DNA from: an uncultured Dehalococcoidales bacterium
Lineage (GTDB): Bacteria; Chloroflexota; Dehalococcoidia; GIF9; AB-539-J10
Direction: 5' to 3'
Assembly (NCBI GenBank): GCA_964345725.1
Contig: CAYFSE010000098.1
Location: 1-50,436, forward strand
Length of the DNA stretch: 50,436 nucleotides
Numbering within the stretch: the stretch's first letter is position 1; each line of letters begins with the position of its first letter. Shown piece after piece: positions 37,548 through 47,055 of the stretch. Below the pieces are notes generated by a model. It did not search any database. It was not told the origin of the DNA and was given only the letters and a program-made list of their open reading frames with translations. A program made the position numbers and the translations under genes.

Positions 37548-37795
37548 GGGGGAAATAATTTACGTTTAAGTGCCGTATCATACCGGTAGACAGTCTGGCT
37601 AACAATGATTGATGAATCCATAGATTTGGCATCGGATAGCGGCCGCGGCGACCTGGAGTTGTTGTCGCTGCAACTTGGCCGAGAGGATTGCCAGACGCTC
37701 ACTGCTGCTAGACCGGCAGGGCTTGACCAAACTGTCCAAGGGAAAGAGAAAGCCCACCTCCTCTGATAGATGTCTCCATGATTTGTAACTAGAAT

Positions 37796-40700
37796 ATGAA
37801 CAAACGAAGTCAGGCAAAATCATCATTGCTCAAGGATGAGGCTCTTTGGTATAAGGACGCTATAATCTATGAGCTTCACGTTCGTGCCTTCTCGGACAGT
37901 CAAGGGGATGGTGTGGGCGACTTCCTAGGTCTTACAAATAAGCTTGATTACCTTGCAGATTTGGGGGTTACCTCCCTCTGGCTGCTCCCATTTTACCCTT
38001 CACCCTTGAAGGATGATGGTTATGACATCTCTGACTATACCAGCATCCAACCGATTTATGGCAGCATGCACGATTTTAGGGCTTTTGTGGATGAAGCACA
38101 CCACCGTGGTCTGCGTGTCATTATGGAGCTAGTCATTAATCACACTTCTAGCCAGCACCCCTGGTTTGAGCGAGCGCGAAGAGCAGCAGCAGAGAGCCGC
38201 TGGCGCCACTTCTATGTTTGGAGTGACACACCAGAGAAGTACCATGAAGCTCGCATCATTTTTAGGGACTCCGAATACTCTAACTGGACTTGGGATCATG
38301 AAGTCAAGGCATATTACTGGCACCGCTTTTATTCGCACCAGCCTGATCTGAACTATGACAACCCTGCCGTCAGGCGAGCCGTCCTGAGGGTTCTAGATTT
38401 CTGGTTGAGGCTGGGCGTTGATGGACTGCGAGTCGATGCAGTGCCCTATCTCTACGAGCGTGAAGGCACCAATTGTGAGAACTTACTCGAAACACACACT
38501 TTTTTGAAGGAACTGCGCAAGCATGTCGATGGGAAATTCAAGAATCGCATGCTCCTGGCGGAGGCCAACCAATGGCCTGAGGATGCAGCCGGTTACTTTG
38601 ACGATGGGAACGAGGTCCATATGGCTTTTCATTTTCCTCTTATGCCACGCATGTTCATGGCTATTCGTATGGAGGATCGTTTTCCTATTATAGACATTCT
38701 CCAGCAGACCCCAGTAATTCCTGAGAACTGTCAATGGGCCATCTTCCTGCGTAATCATGATGAGCTAACCCTTGAGATGGTGACCGATGAAGAGCGGGAC
38801 TACATGTATAGGATGTATGCTACTGACCCTGCTGCTCGACTCAACCTCGGTATCCGCCGACGCCTGGCACCACTTTTGAATAACGACCGCAAGAAGATTG
38901 AACTGCTGAACGGCCTGCTCTTCTCCCTGCCTGGTACACCAGTAGTCTACTATGGGGATGAAATCGGCATGGGAGACAATTTCTATCTCGGGGACCGCAA
39001 TGGCGTGCGTACTCCTATGCAATGGAGCCCTGACCGAAACGCAGGATTCTCCGACGCCAATCCCCAAAAACTCTATCTTCCACCGATTATTGACCCCGAG
39101 TATCACTATGAGTCCATCAATGTAGAGAACCAGCAGAACAATCCCGATTCTCTCCTCTGGTGGATGAAGCGCATTATTGCTCTTAGGAAGCGATTCAAAG
39201 CCTTTGGACGAGGGAGTCTTGAATTCCTGCAACCTAAGAATCGCAAGGTTCTCGCTTTCCTTCGCCGCTACCAGGACGAGGTCATTCTGGTCGTAGCCAA
39301 CCTTTCACACGCCGCCCAGCAGACTCAGCTCGACCTTGCCGAATTTCAGGGAAGGGTCCCACTTGAGCTTTTGGGACGGGCAGAATTCACTCCCATAAGT
39401 GATGGTCAGTACTACTTCACCCTTAGCCCATATGCTTTCTATTGGTTCTCGCTCGAATCGCAACGGGCTGAGCCGCTTCGTTTTCGTGCCCTGCCTTCAG
39501 AGGCCGTCAGTGCCCTTCCTACTCTGGCTGAGACGGAGGAAGAGCTCTTTGAAAAAGAGAATTGGTTTGTCCTGGAGGCAGTTCTGCTGTACTATATAAA
39601 CTACCGCCGCTGGTTCCGTGGGAAAGCGCGGGAGTCCTGGGCACTGCAGGTCTTGGATATTATCCCTCTACGTTCTCCAGAGTTCGTTGCCAACCTTGTC
39701 CTGATTGAAGTGGAGTATACTGAAGGTGACCCGGAGACATATGTACTTCCCCTTACTATCGCTCCTACCAAGCAAGCAGATGAAATCATGGCTAAATATC
39801 CCTATGCTGGTATTGCCCGTTTGAAACCCTTGGAAAAGAATGATGACAGCGGCGACCTACTCTATGACGCACTGGTGAACAAGAACTTCTGCAGATTCCT
39901 AGTTGAAGCCATTGGGCGACGGCGTCACTACAAAGGAAAGGTCGGTGAAGTCTTTGCATTGCGAACCAAGGTCTTCCGTGATGCTTATGGAGCGTCTGAA
40001 GTTTCACTAGAACCTGTCCCTGTTAGGGGAGAGCAGAGTAATACATCTATCATCTACGGGGATCGGTTGATCCTCAAACTATTTCGCTGCCTGGAGGAAG
40101 GAATTAACCCCGAGCTGGAAATCGGTCGTTTTCTCACAGAAAGGACTGATTTTTCGCATATTTCGCAGGTAGCTGGTGCCCTCGAGTATCATCGTAGGAA
40201 GGGCAAGATGATGACTCTCGCTACCCTTCAACGATTGATACCTAACGAAGGTGATGCCTGGCAATATACTCTGGACTCCCTGAACCGCAATTTCAAGTAT
40301 GTACTGGCACATCCCACAGTACAAGTAGCACCTATCCCCCAAGACCATCTTATATCTTTGCCTCAGGAGCCACCAGCTCTAGCCCAAGAGACTATCGGTC
40401 CTTATCTCGTTTCAGCTCGACTTTTGGGGGCGCGCACTGCTGAACTCCATATTGCCCTGGCCTCGGCACCTGATGACCAGGAATTTGCTCCAGAACAATT
40501 CTCTCTTATTTACCAGAATTCACTCTACTATTCAATGCGAAGCTTTACTGCTCAGATATTCCAGTTGCTGCATGACGGGCTGAAAGAACTCCCAGAGGCA
40601 CTTAGGGAGAATGCTCAACAGGTTCTAGATTCGGAGAAAACCATAATCGATCGCTTTCAGTTGATTCGTAATCGAAAAATTCCGGCGGCCCGAATACGTT

Positions 40701-41158
40701 GTCATGGGGATTACCATCTAGGACAGGTGCTCTATACCGGTAAGGATTTCGTTATCATCGATTTTGAAGGCGAACCGGCACGTTCCTTGAGCGAGCGGCG
40801 AATCAAACGGTCACCTCTCAGAGACGTTGCTGGTATGATACGGTCGTTCCACTACGCAGCCCACAGCGCTCTGCTGCAGCAGACCACATTGGGACTTAAA
40901 TCAGAGGACCTCTCTGCCTTGGAACACTGGGCGCAATTCTGGTATGTCTGGGTGTCGTCATCTTTCCTCACCTCCTATTTGGACAGCGTTGCACAAGCCA
41001 AATTGCTCCCGGATGATCCCGAACAGCGGATGATTCTTCTGGACACCTATCTTTTGGAAAAGGCTGTCTATGAAATCGGTTATGAGCTGAACAATCGTCC
41101 AGACTGGCTTAAGGTGCCACTGCAAGGTATATTACAGATGATCAAGGCTCGAGAATAA
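37796..41158 (+). CDS. treS: Trehalose synthase (maltose alpha-D-glucosyltransferase) fused to maltokinase
   Basis: 1120-aa ORF. The N-terminal GH13_16-type TreS part has WYKDAIIYELHVRAF, LRVDAVPYL and FLRNHDELTLE. The C-terminal Mak/Pep2 kinase part has HGDYHLGQVL and FVIIDFEGEP. Confidence 0.92.
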   Translation: MNKRSQAKSSLLKDEALWYKDAIIYELHVRAFSDSQGDGVGDFLGLTNKLDYLADLGVTSLWLLPFYPSPLKDDGYDISDYTSIQPIYGSMHDFRAFVDEAHHRGLRVIMELVINHTSSQHPWFERARRAAAESRWRHFYVWSDTPEKYHEARIIFRDSEYSNWTWDHEVKAYYWHRFYSHQPDLNYDNPAVRRAVLRVLDFWLRLGVDGLRVDAVPYLYEREGTNCENLLETHTFLKELRKHVDGKFKNRMLLAEANQWPEDAAGYFDDGNEVHMAFHFPLMPRMFMAIRMEDRFPIIDILQQTPVIPENCQWAIFLRNHDELTLEMVTDEERDYMYRMYATDPAARLNLGIRRRLAPLLNNDRKKIELLNGLLFSLPGTPVVYYGDEIGMGDNFYLGDRNGVRTPMQWSPDRNAGFSDANPQKLYLPPIIDPEYHYESINVENQQNNPDSLLWWMKRIIALRKRFKAFGRGSLEFLQPKNRKVLAFLRRYQDEVILVVANLSHAAQQTQLDLAEFQGRVPLELLGRAEFTPISDGQYYFTLSPYAFYWFSLESQRAEPLRFRALPSEAVSALPTLAETEEELFEKENWFVLEAVLLYYINYRRWFRGKARESWALQVLDIIPLRSPEFVANLVLIEVEYTEGDPETYVLPLTIAPTKQADEIMAKYPYAGIARLKPLEKNDDSGDLLYDALVNKNFCRFLVEAIGRRRHYKGKVGEVFALRTKVFRDAYGASEVSLEPVPVRGEQSNTSIIYGDRLILKLFRCLEEGINPELEIGRFLTERTDFSHISQVAGALEYHRRKGKMMTLATLQRLIPNEGDAWQYTLDSLNRNFKYVLAHPTVQVAPIPQDHLISLPQEPPALAQETIGPYLVSARLLGARTAELHIALASAPDDQEFAPEQFSLIYQNSLYYSMRSFTAQIFQLLHDGLKELPEALRENAQQVLDSEKTIIDRFQLIRNRKIPAARIRCHGDYHLGQVLYTGKDFVIIDFEGEPARSLSERRIKRSPLRDVAGMIRSFHYAAHSALLQQTTLGLKSEDLSALEHWAQFWYVWVSSSFLTSYLDSVAQAKLLPDDPEQRMILLDTYLLEKAVYEIGYELNNRPDWLKVPLQGILQMIKARE

Positions 41159-41248
41159 GCATCGATCGTGAAGGTATTCTTCGAGATGTTTGCTCAACCA
41201 GTATGCCCGGCCAAGTAAAGCAACTCAAACAGGAGACGCCATCTTGAA

Positions 41249-43216
41249 ATGACACAGGGAAAAGGCAGAAGGCAAGAGATATCCTCTCAGGATGCGGCAA
41301 ATATTCAGTCAGTGCGCTATGACATCAGCATGCTGAGCAACGACGACCTTTTTCTCTTTAATGAAGGGTCACACTATCGGCTGTATGAAAAGCTTGGCGC
41401 TCACCCCACAGTGGCGGATGGAGTGGAAGGAACCTGTTTTGCCGTGTGGGCACCCAACGCCAAGCAGGTCTCCGTCACGGGTGAATTCAACGGTTGGGAT
41501 AAATCAAGTCACCCATTGTCTCCGAAAGGACAATCCGGCATCTGGGAAGGATTCATCCCTGGTGCAGCCAAGGGCACAATTTACAAGTATTACCTCGTCT
41601 CTCATCGCCGTGGCTATCGTGTGGAGAAAGCTGACCCATTTGCCCTCTATGCTGAAACGCCGCCCAGAACAGCCTCCGTTGTCTGGGACCTGGATTATGC
41701 CTGGAGAGACCAGCAGTGGATGGAGAAACGGCGTACTCACAACGCTCTTGATGCTCCTATTTCCGTCTACGAGGTTCATTTGGGCTCCTGGCGACGAGTG
41801 CCCGAAAAAGGAAACCGCCACCTTAGCTATCGAGAACTTGGTCCCAGACTGACCGATTACCTGAAGCAGCTGGGATTTACCCACGTTGAGTTTCTCCCGG
41901 TTATGGAGCACCCGTTTTATGGCTCCTGGGGCTATCAGACGACAGGGTACTTTGCCCCCACAAGCCGTTATGGCACCCCCGAGGATTTCATGTACCTTGT
42001 TGACTATTTACACCAGCATGACATAGGCGTCATCCTCGACTGGGTACCTTCTCATTTCCCTAATGACGAACACGGACTGGGATATTTTGATGGAACACAT
42101 CTCTACGAGCATAGTGATCCCAGACAGGGCATTCATCCCGATTGGAACAGTTTTATCTTCAACTATAGTCGCCATGAAGTGAGAAGCTTTCTCCTTAGCA
42201 GTGCACTTTTCTGGCTGGACAAATACCACGTCGATGGTTTGCGTGTGGATGCAGTGGCTTCCATGCTCTATCTGGATTATGGCCGGAAAGAAGGCGAATG
42301 GATACCCAACAAGTATGGGGGACGAGAGAACCTGGAAGCTATTGCCTTCCTACGTCGCTTTAATGAAGCAGTTTATCAAGAAAGCCCTGGCGTGCAAACC
42401 ATTGCTGAGGAATCCACTGCCTGGCCCATAGTATCTCGTCCAACTTATCTGGGAGGATTGGGATTTGGCCTTAAATGGGACATGGGCTGGATGCATGATA
42501 CCCTGGAGTACATGACCAAGGATCCCATATATCGAAAGTATCACCATAATAACCTGACTTTCCGCTTGATTTACGCCTTCTTTGAAAACTTTGTCCTGCC
42601 ACTTTCTCACGATGAAGTTGTACATGGGAAAGGCTCACTCTTAGGAAAGATGCCGGGAGACGATTGGCAAAAGTTTGCCAACCTGAGGCTCCTTGTCGGA
42701 TATATGTATGCCCAGCCCGGGAAAAAGCTCATGTTTATGGGAGCGGAGTTTGGCCAGTGGCTGGAGTGGGCTCATGACGAGAGCCTGGAATGGCACCTGC
42801 TTCAATATCTACCGCATTCCGGTCTTCAGCGGTGGGTCAGCGACCTGAACCAGTTCTACCGGGGGCAGCCAGCTCTCTACGAATTGGACTTTGAGCAAGC
42901 GGGCTTCGAATGGATTGACTGTAATGATATCGAGCATAGTGCGGTCAGTCTAATACGCAAAGGGCGGTCGTCAAACAACCTCCTTGTAGTCGTTTGTAAC
43001 TTTACTCCCACGACCCATTCTAATTATCGCATTGGCGTACCGCAGCCAGGGTTGTGGACAGAGTTACTAAACAGCGACGCTAAGGATTATGGAGGCAGCG
43101 GTCAAGGTAATCTGGGCGCCGTAGAAGCAGCGCCGATTCCCTTGCATGGCCGTCCCTATTCCTTAACCATCACCCTACCACCTCTCGCCACTGTGTTTCT
43201 TGGGCCTGCACAGTGA
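41249..43216 (+). CDS. glgB: 1,4-alpha-glucan branching enzyme (GH13_9)
   Basis: 655-aa ORF with [40 protein letters not shown] and HDEVVHGK. Confidence 0.93.
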   Translation: MTQGKGRRQEISSQDAANIQSVRYDISMLSNDDLFLFNEGSHYRLYEKLGAHPTVADGVEGTCFAVWAPNAKQVSVTGEFNGWDKSSHPLSPKGQSGIWEGFIPGAAKGTIYKYYLVSHRRGYRVEKADPFALYAETPPRTASVVWDLDYAWRDQQWMEKRRTHNALDAPISVYEVHLGSWRRVPEKGNRHLSYRELGPRLTDYLKQLGFTHVEFLPVMEHPFYGSWGYQTTGYFAPTSRYGTPEDFMYLVDYLHQHDIGVILDWVPSHFPNDEHGLGYFDGTHLYEHSDPRQGIHPDWNSFIFNYSRHEVRSFLLSSALFWLDKYHVDGLRVDAVASMLYLDYGRKEGEWIPNKYGGRENLEAIAFLRRFNEAVYQESPGVQTIAEESTAWPIVSRPTYLGGLGFGLKWDMGWMHDTLEYMTKDPIYRKYHHNNLTFRLIYAFFENFVLPLSHDEVVHGKGSLLGKMPGDDWQKFANLRLLVGYMYAQPGKKLMFMGAEFGQWLEWAHDESLEWHLLQYLPHSGLQRWVSDLNQFYRGQPALYELDFEQAGFEWIDCNDIEHSAVSLIRKGRSSNNLLVVVCNFTPTTHSNYRIGVPQPGLWTELLNSDAKDYGGSGQGNLGAVEAAPIPLHGRPYSLTITLPPLATVFLGPAQ

Positions 43217-43289
43217 GATGAGGTAGCTATTCCCATAACGAGCTGCAAGACTCTTATATATAGAATATGCAAGGGCTATACTGGCACGC

Positions 43290-44726
43290 TTACTGAACCT
43301 TTTCCACTTTTAGTAGGTTCGTGGAGCCCGCCATTCCGACAGGAATGCCACCAGTGATTACTATCAAATCACCAGGCCTTGCTAGCCCCAGATCCTCAGA
43401 AAGCTTACGTGCTATTGAGAATAACTCGTCTACCGACGAGGCTCCGGCTATCCTAAAAGGGTAGACGCCCCAACGCAGGATCAATCGCCCCACAGCCGTA
43501 GCATCAGGAGCTATGGCCAAAACAGGCGTTCTGGGACGGTATTTAGATACGCGTCCTGCTGTGCTGCCAGACTGCGTAAAGGCTACAATAGCCGCTGCTC
43601 CCAGGCTGTGCGCGGTATAACAGGCACTATAGCTTATCAGCTCATCCGTTTCTTGCCCCGACCACTTGCCTCTTTCTGACAGCATTTGATCGTAAGGCAA
43701 CTCATTTTCCGTTTCCCGGGCAATCTTCGCCATCATTCTGACTGCCTGTACCGGGTATTTTCCAATAGACGTCTCCGCTGAGAGCATGACGGCATCAGTG
43801 CCATCAAATATGGCATTAGCCACATCAGCAACCTCAGCTCGAGTTGGCGAGGAAGCATTTACCATCGACTCCATCATCTGCGTGGCGGTAATTACCGGTG
43901 TGCCTGTCTGATTGCATTTCCTGATGATTTCTTTCTGCACTAATGGCACCCGTTCCAAGGGGATATCCACACCAAGGTCTCCTCTAGCAACCATAATGGC
44001 TTCACTGGCACGAAGTATGCCCCCAAATCTGTCAACCGCCCTGCCTCTTTCAATTTTGGCAATCACTGGTATATCTGCACCGTATCCACGCAATGCAGCT
44101 CTGACACCAGTTACGTCCTTGGCATCACCGACAAAAGAGAGAGCCAGATAATCGGGCTCTTGTTCGGCAGCAAAGAGAATCGACTCTCGCAGAGTATCGG
44201 TAATGAAAGGACCTGAGATGCGCATCCCAGGCACCACCAGCCCTCGGTTCTCAGTTAGTATTCCCCCAACCACGACCTCGCATCTGACCTCTGTGCCTTG
44301 CCTCTCAAGAACCTTGAGCCGCATGGCACCGTCATCAAGTAACACCGTATCCCCCGTTCTTATATCACGAGGAAGAGTAGAAAGATTAACTGGTATTACG
44401 CCACCGTTTCCTCTCACCCGCCTCGTCGTGAGGATAACGTGCGCATCCTTCTTCAGCTTGGCCTGGCCGTTTTTCAGTTTGCCCGTGCGATACTTCGGCC
44501 CGGGCAAATCTATAAGTATGGCAACAGGCATTGCCATACGATGGGACAACTTCCTTATGGTCTGGATATGGCGGGCGTGTTCCTCATAGGTACCATGAGA
44601 TAGATTCAGTCTGGCCGCATTCATGCCTGCCTTTATCAGTTGCTCAATCACAGCGGCTGAGCTGGTAGCCGGACCAATAGTGCATACTATCTTTGTTCGC
44701 CTGCCAATCGAACTTGAGCGTTTCAT
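43290..44726 (-). CDS. pyk: Pyruvate kinase
   Basis: RRTKIVCTIGPA, MNAARLNLSHG and MVARGDLGV are present. The track ORF extends to 44846, but that extension overlaps the aldolase gene. The Met of MKRSSSIGRRTKIV (ATG 44726-44724) fits homologues. Confidence 0.92.
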   Translation of the reverse strand: MKRSSSIGRRTKIVCTIGPATSSAAVIEQLIKAGMNAARLNLSHGTYEEHARHIQTIRKLSHRMAMPVAILIDLPGPKYRTGKLKNGQAKLKKDAHVILTTRRVRGNGGVIPVNLSTLPRDIRTGDTVLLDDGAMRLKVLERQGTEVRCEVVVGGILTENRGLVVPGMRISGPFITDTLRESILFAAEQEPDYLALSFVGDAKDVTGVRAALRGYGADIPVIAKIERGRAVDRFGGILRASEAIMVARGDLGVDIPLERVPLVQKEIIRKCNQTGTPVITATQMMESMVNASSPTRAEVADVANAIFDGTDAVMLSAETSIGKYPVQAVRMMAKIARETENELPYDQMLSERGKWSGQETDELISYSACYTAHSLGAAAIVAFTQSGSTAGRVSKYRPRTPVLAIAPDATAVGRLILRWGVYPFRIAGASSVDELFSIARKLSEDLGLARPGDLIVITGGIPVGMAGSTNLLKVEKVQ

Positions 44727-44758
44727 AATTGTGCCTGGCTGTGTCAAAGCATTACCGG

Positions 44759-45751
44759 TCAGTAACTCCGATACCAGCCCTCGACAAGTGGGGCGAATTT
44801 GCCGTCCTTGGCTCTCAGTTTGAAATACCACGGCTTGCCATAGCAATCAGCTATCTCGGTCAACTCCTTCAACCTCGGAGCCGCCGTATTCCGGAAGAAA
44901 CTCATTCTTTCTTCCCGCGAAGGAATCTGGGCACCCTCCTGCCACAAGGCACGCCCGGCCAGGAAACCGGAGGCACCCGCCTTACAAGCTATCTTCACCT
45001 GTCTCTTGAATGAGTCAAAATCAACACCAGCACTGAGCAACACCCACGGTAATTTGGAGGCCTGATTCAATTCTTGGCACAACTCAAACAGTCTTCCCTC
45101 CTCCTGTTCGAACCTAAGATCTGCCGGGAACTCTGCCTTCAACACATCGATGGACAGAGCAGTAATCAGCCGGGCAGTTTCGATTACCAGATCGGGCTTC
45201 ATATCGGCAAACATCTTTAAGGATGCGTTGTCTTCCCCAATAGGATAGCTTACCGGCTCAACCAGAAAAGGTATATCCTCCTCAACGCATTGGTCGGCCA
45301 ATCTTGCCACCAAATCGAGCTGTTTTGAGGCGACATCCTTCAAATCAGGCCTGAAGTAGATCAAAAGCTTCACCGCTGAGGCTCCCATCTTCTTCGCCTT
45401 TTTTACGCTCCAGCCGGGCAGAGGCTCCGTTATTCTGGCCGTACTGTGTCCGGTGTAACCCGTCTTCTCCATGCTAACAAGAAGGCCTTTAGACCCGGGC
45501 AAGAGACCCTGAGCTATAGCCTGAGCGGCTCCGTATTCCGGGTCGAGCAATATAGCACTGGCAAAAGATGCCACTGTTTCACAGAGATCGAGCTTGAAAT
45601 CAACCATATGTTGGTAACTCACCGCAGCAGGGTTCTTCCCATTCAAAGCCTTCTTTAGTGCTCCTCGGTGATCAATGGCACACATCGTCATCATACCCCT
45701 GGAATCAGCCAATTGCTGGAGCCCTCTTAGTTTGCCGACAGAAATGTTCAT
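44759..45751 (-). CDS. Class I aldolase of the LacD/tagatose-1,6-bisphosphate aldolase family
   Basis: 330-aa ORF. MNISVGKLRGLQQLADSRGMMTMCAIDHRG is the typical LacD-family N-terminus, and a Lys-containing VKLLIYFRP segment is present. Confidence 0.8.
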   Translation of the reverse strand: MNISVGKLRGLQQLADSRGMMTMCAIDHRGALKKALNGKNPAAVSYQHMVDFKLDLCETVASFASAILLDPEYGAAQAIAQGLLPGSKGLLVSMEKTGYTGHSTARITEPLPGWSVKKAKKMGASAVKLLIYFRPDLKDVASKQLDLVARLADQCVEEDIPFLVEPVSYPIGEDNASLKMFADMKPDLVIETARLITALSIDVLKAEFPADLRFEQEEGRLFELCQELNQASKLPWVLLSAGVDFDSFKRQVKIACKAGASGFLAGRALWQEGAQIPSREERMSFFRNTAAPRLKELTEIADCYGKPWYFKLRAKDGKFAPLVEGWYRSY

Positions 45752-45782
45752 CAGATCACCTCAACGCAAAGCACGTTTTGTT

Positions 45783-46844
45783 TCACTCGCAAGAGGATTT
45801 CTTCATCTCCCGCAGAGCAAAAGCGGCGGCGCCGAGCACGGTAGAATTTCGACCCAGCCCGGCAGAAGAAAAGCGCACAGTCTGAAAGGCCTCCTTAAAT
45901 GCTCTCTCTCCAGCTACCTTGAAGGCTGGCTTGAGCAGCATGTCACCGATGCTTGACAAACCGCCGCCAACGACTATCAACTCGGGGTTGAATATGTTTA
46001 TTAAATTGGCCAGCCCTACACCTACGTAGTAGCCAGTCCGGGCGATAAGCTCTCTCGCCAGGTTGTCATCTTGCTGCGCAGCACTGTGAATGACCTCCGC
46101 CGTCACCTTTTCTACGTCCCCTCCGGCATGTCGCAGAATGGATGTCCGGGCTCCTGCTTCGATCCGCTTCTTCGCCTCCCTGGCCAGGGCTGTTCCTGAG
46201 GCCAGTGTTTCCCAACAACCTCTATTTCCACAGCTGCAAATGGAGCCCTTGTCATCAATGGTCATGTGCCCTACCTCTCCAGCAGCACCAATCGCTCCGG
46301 TATAAATCTTGCCATCAATGACAATGCCTCCACCAATGCCTGTGCTGAGAGTAATATAGATGAAGTTACGAGTACCACACGCGGCGCCGAAATGGAGTTC
46401 TCCCAGGGCAGCGGCATCGGCGTCATTGATGAGAAAGGTCTTCTTGCCCAGCTTCTCCTGCATTATTTCTCTGAAGAGCACATTCCGCAATCCCGGCAGG
46501 TTCGGTGACGTAAAGAGAATGCCTGCTTCAGGATTGGAGATGCCGGCAGCCCCAATCCCTATGGCACAAATGTCCGAAATGGCAACATCAGCTTGCTTCA
46601 AGGCGCGATGCGCCGACTTCACAATGGACTGGATGACTTCCTCGCGCCCCTTTGTGGCAGGTGTCATACTCTCATTGTCCGAAAGGACTTCACCCTGAGG
46701 TTCAACTACAGCCGTCAGTATCTTAGTACCCCCAAGGTCAACACCAATAATCAAATCATCAGCATTCTCGCGCAATTCAAACTCCTGTTTTGAGCCCTCA
46801 GCCACATAAATAGGCTCCTTTGCCACAGTTGGCGTTTCGTTCAA
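45783..46844 (-). CDS. ROK-family glucokinase
   Basis: 353-aa ORF with IIGVDLGGTKI, the ROK signature and the zinc motif CSCGNRGCWETL. There are about 35 extra N-terminal residues, so the true start could be internal. Confidence 0.85.
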   Translation of the reverse strand: MNETPTVAKEPIYVAEGSKQEFELRENADDLIIGVDLGGTKILTAVVEPQGEVLSDNESMTPATKGREEVIQSIVKSAHRALKQADVAISDICAIGIGAAGISNPEAGILFTSPNLPGLRNVLFREIMQEKLGKKTFLINDADAAALGELHFGAACGTRNFIYITLSTGIGGGIVIDGKIYTGAIGAAGEVGHMTIDDKGSICSCGNRGCWETLASGTALAREAKKRIEAGARTSILRHAGGDVEKVTAEVIHSAAQQDDNLARELIARTGYYVGVGLANLINIFNPELIVVGGGLSSIGDMLLKPAFKVAGERAFKEAFQTVRFSSAGLGRNSTVLGAAAFALREMKKSSCE

Positions 46845-47055
46845 AAGTAAGCCTTGCTCTTGATTCTGGCTATAGACTACCCCAGATGCGGCCTTGGTAG
46901 CCTCACTATCGAACTTGACAAAGGTGAGCAGCTCGGATCATATTCAATCTTATTCCAACCTGCAGAGCTTGTCCCAAAGCCAATAATACATTTCGTTACA
47001 GTCTGCATTGTATTGTATACTGTCGTGGATAATAAAGAAAGGCAACAGCTTTCTC

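Noticed and set aside
44727-44846. 40-codon N-terminal extension of the pyruvate kinase ORF.
   Set aside because: It overlaps the 3' end of the aldolase gene by about 90 nt. Pyruvate kinase homology starts at MKRSSSIGRRTKIVCTIGP.
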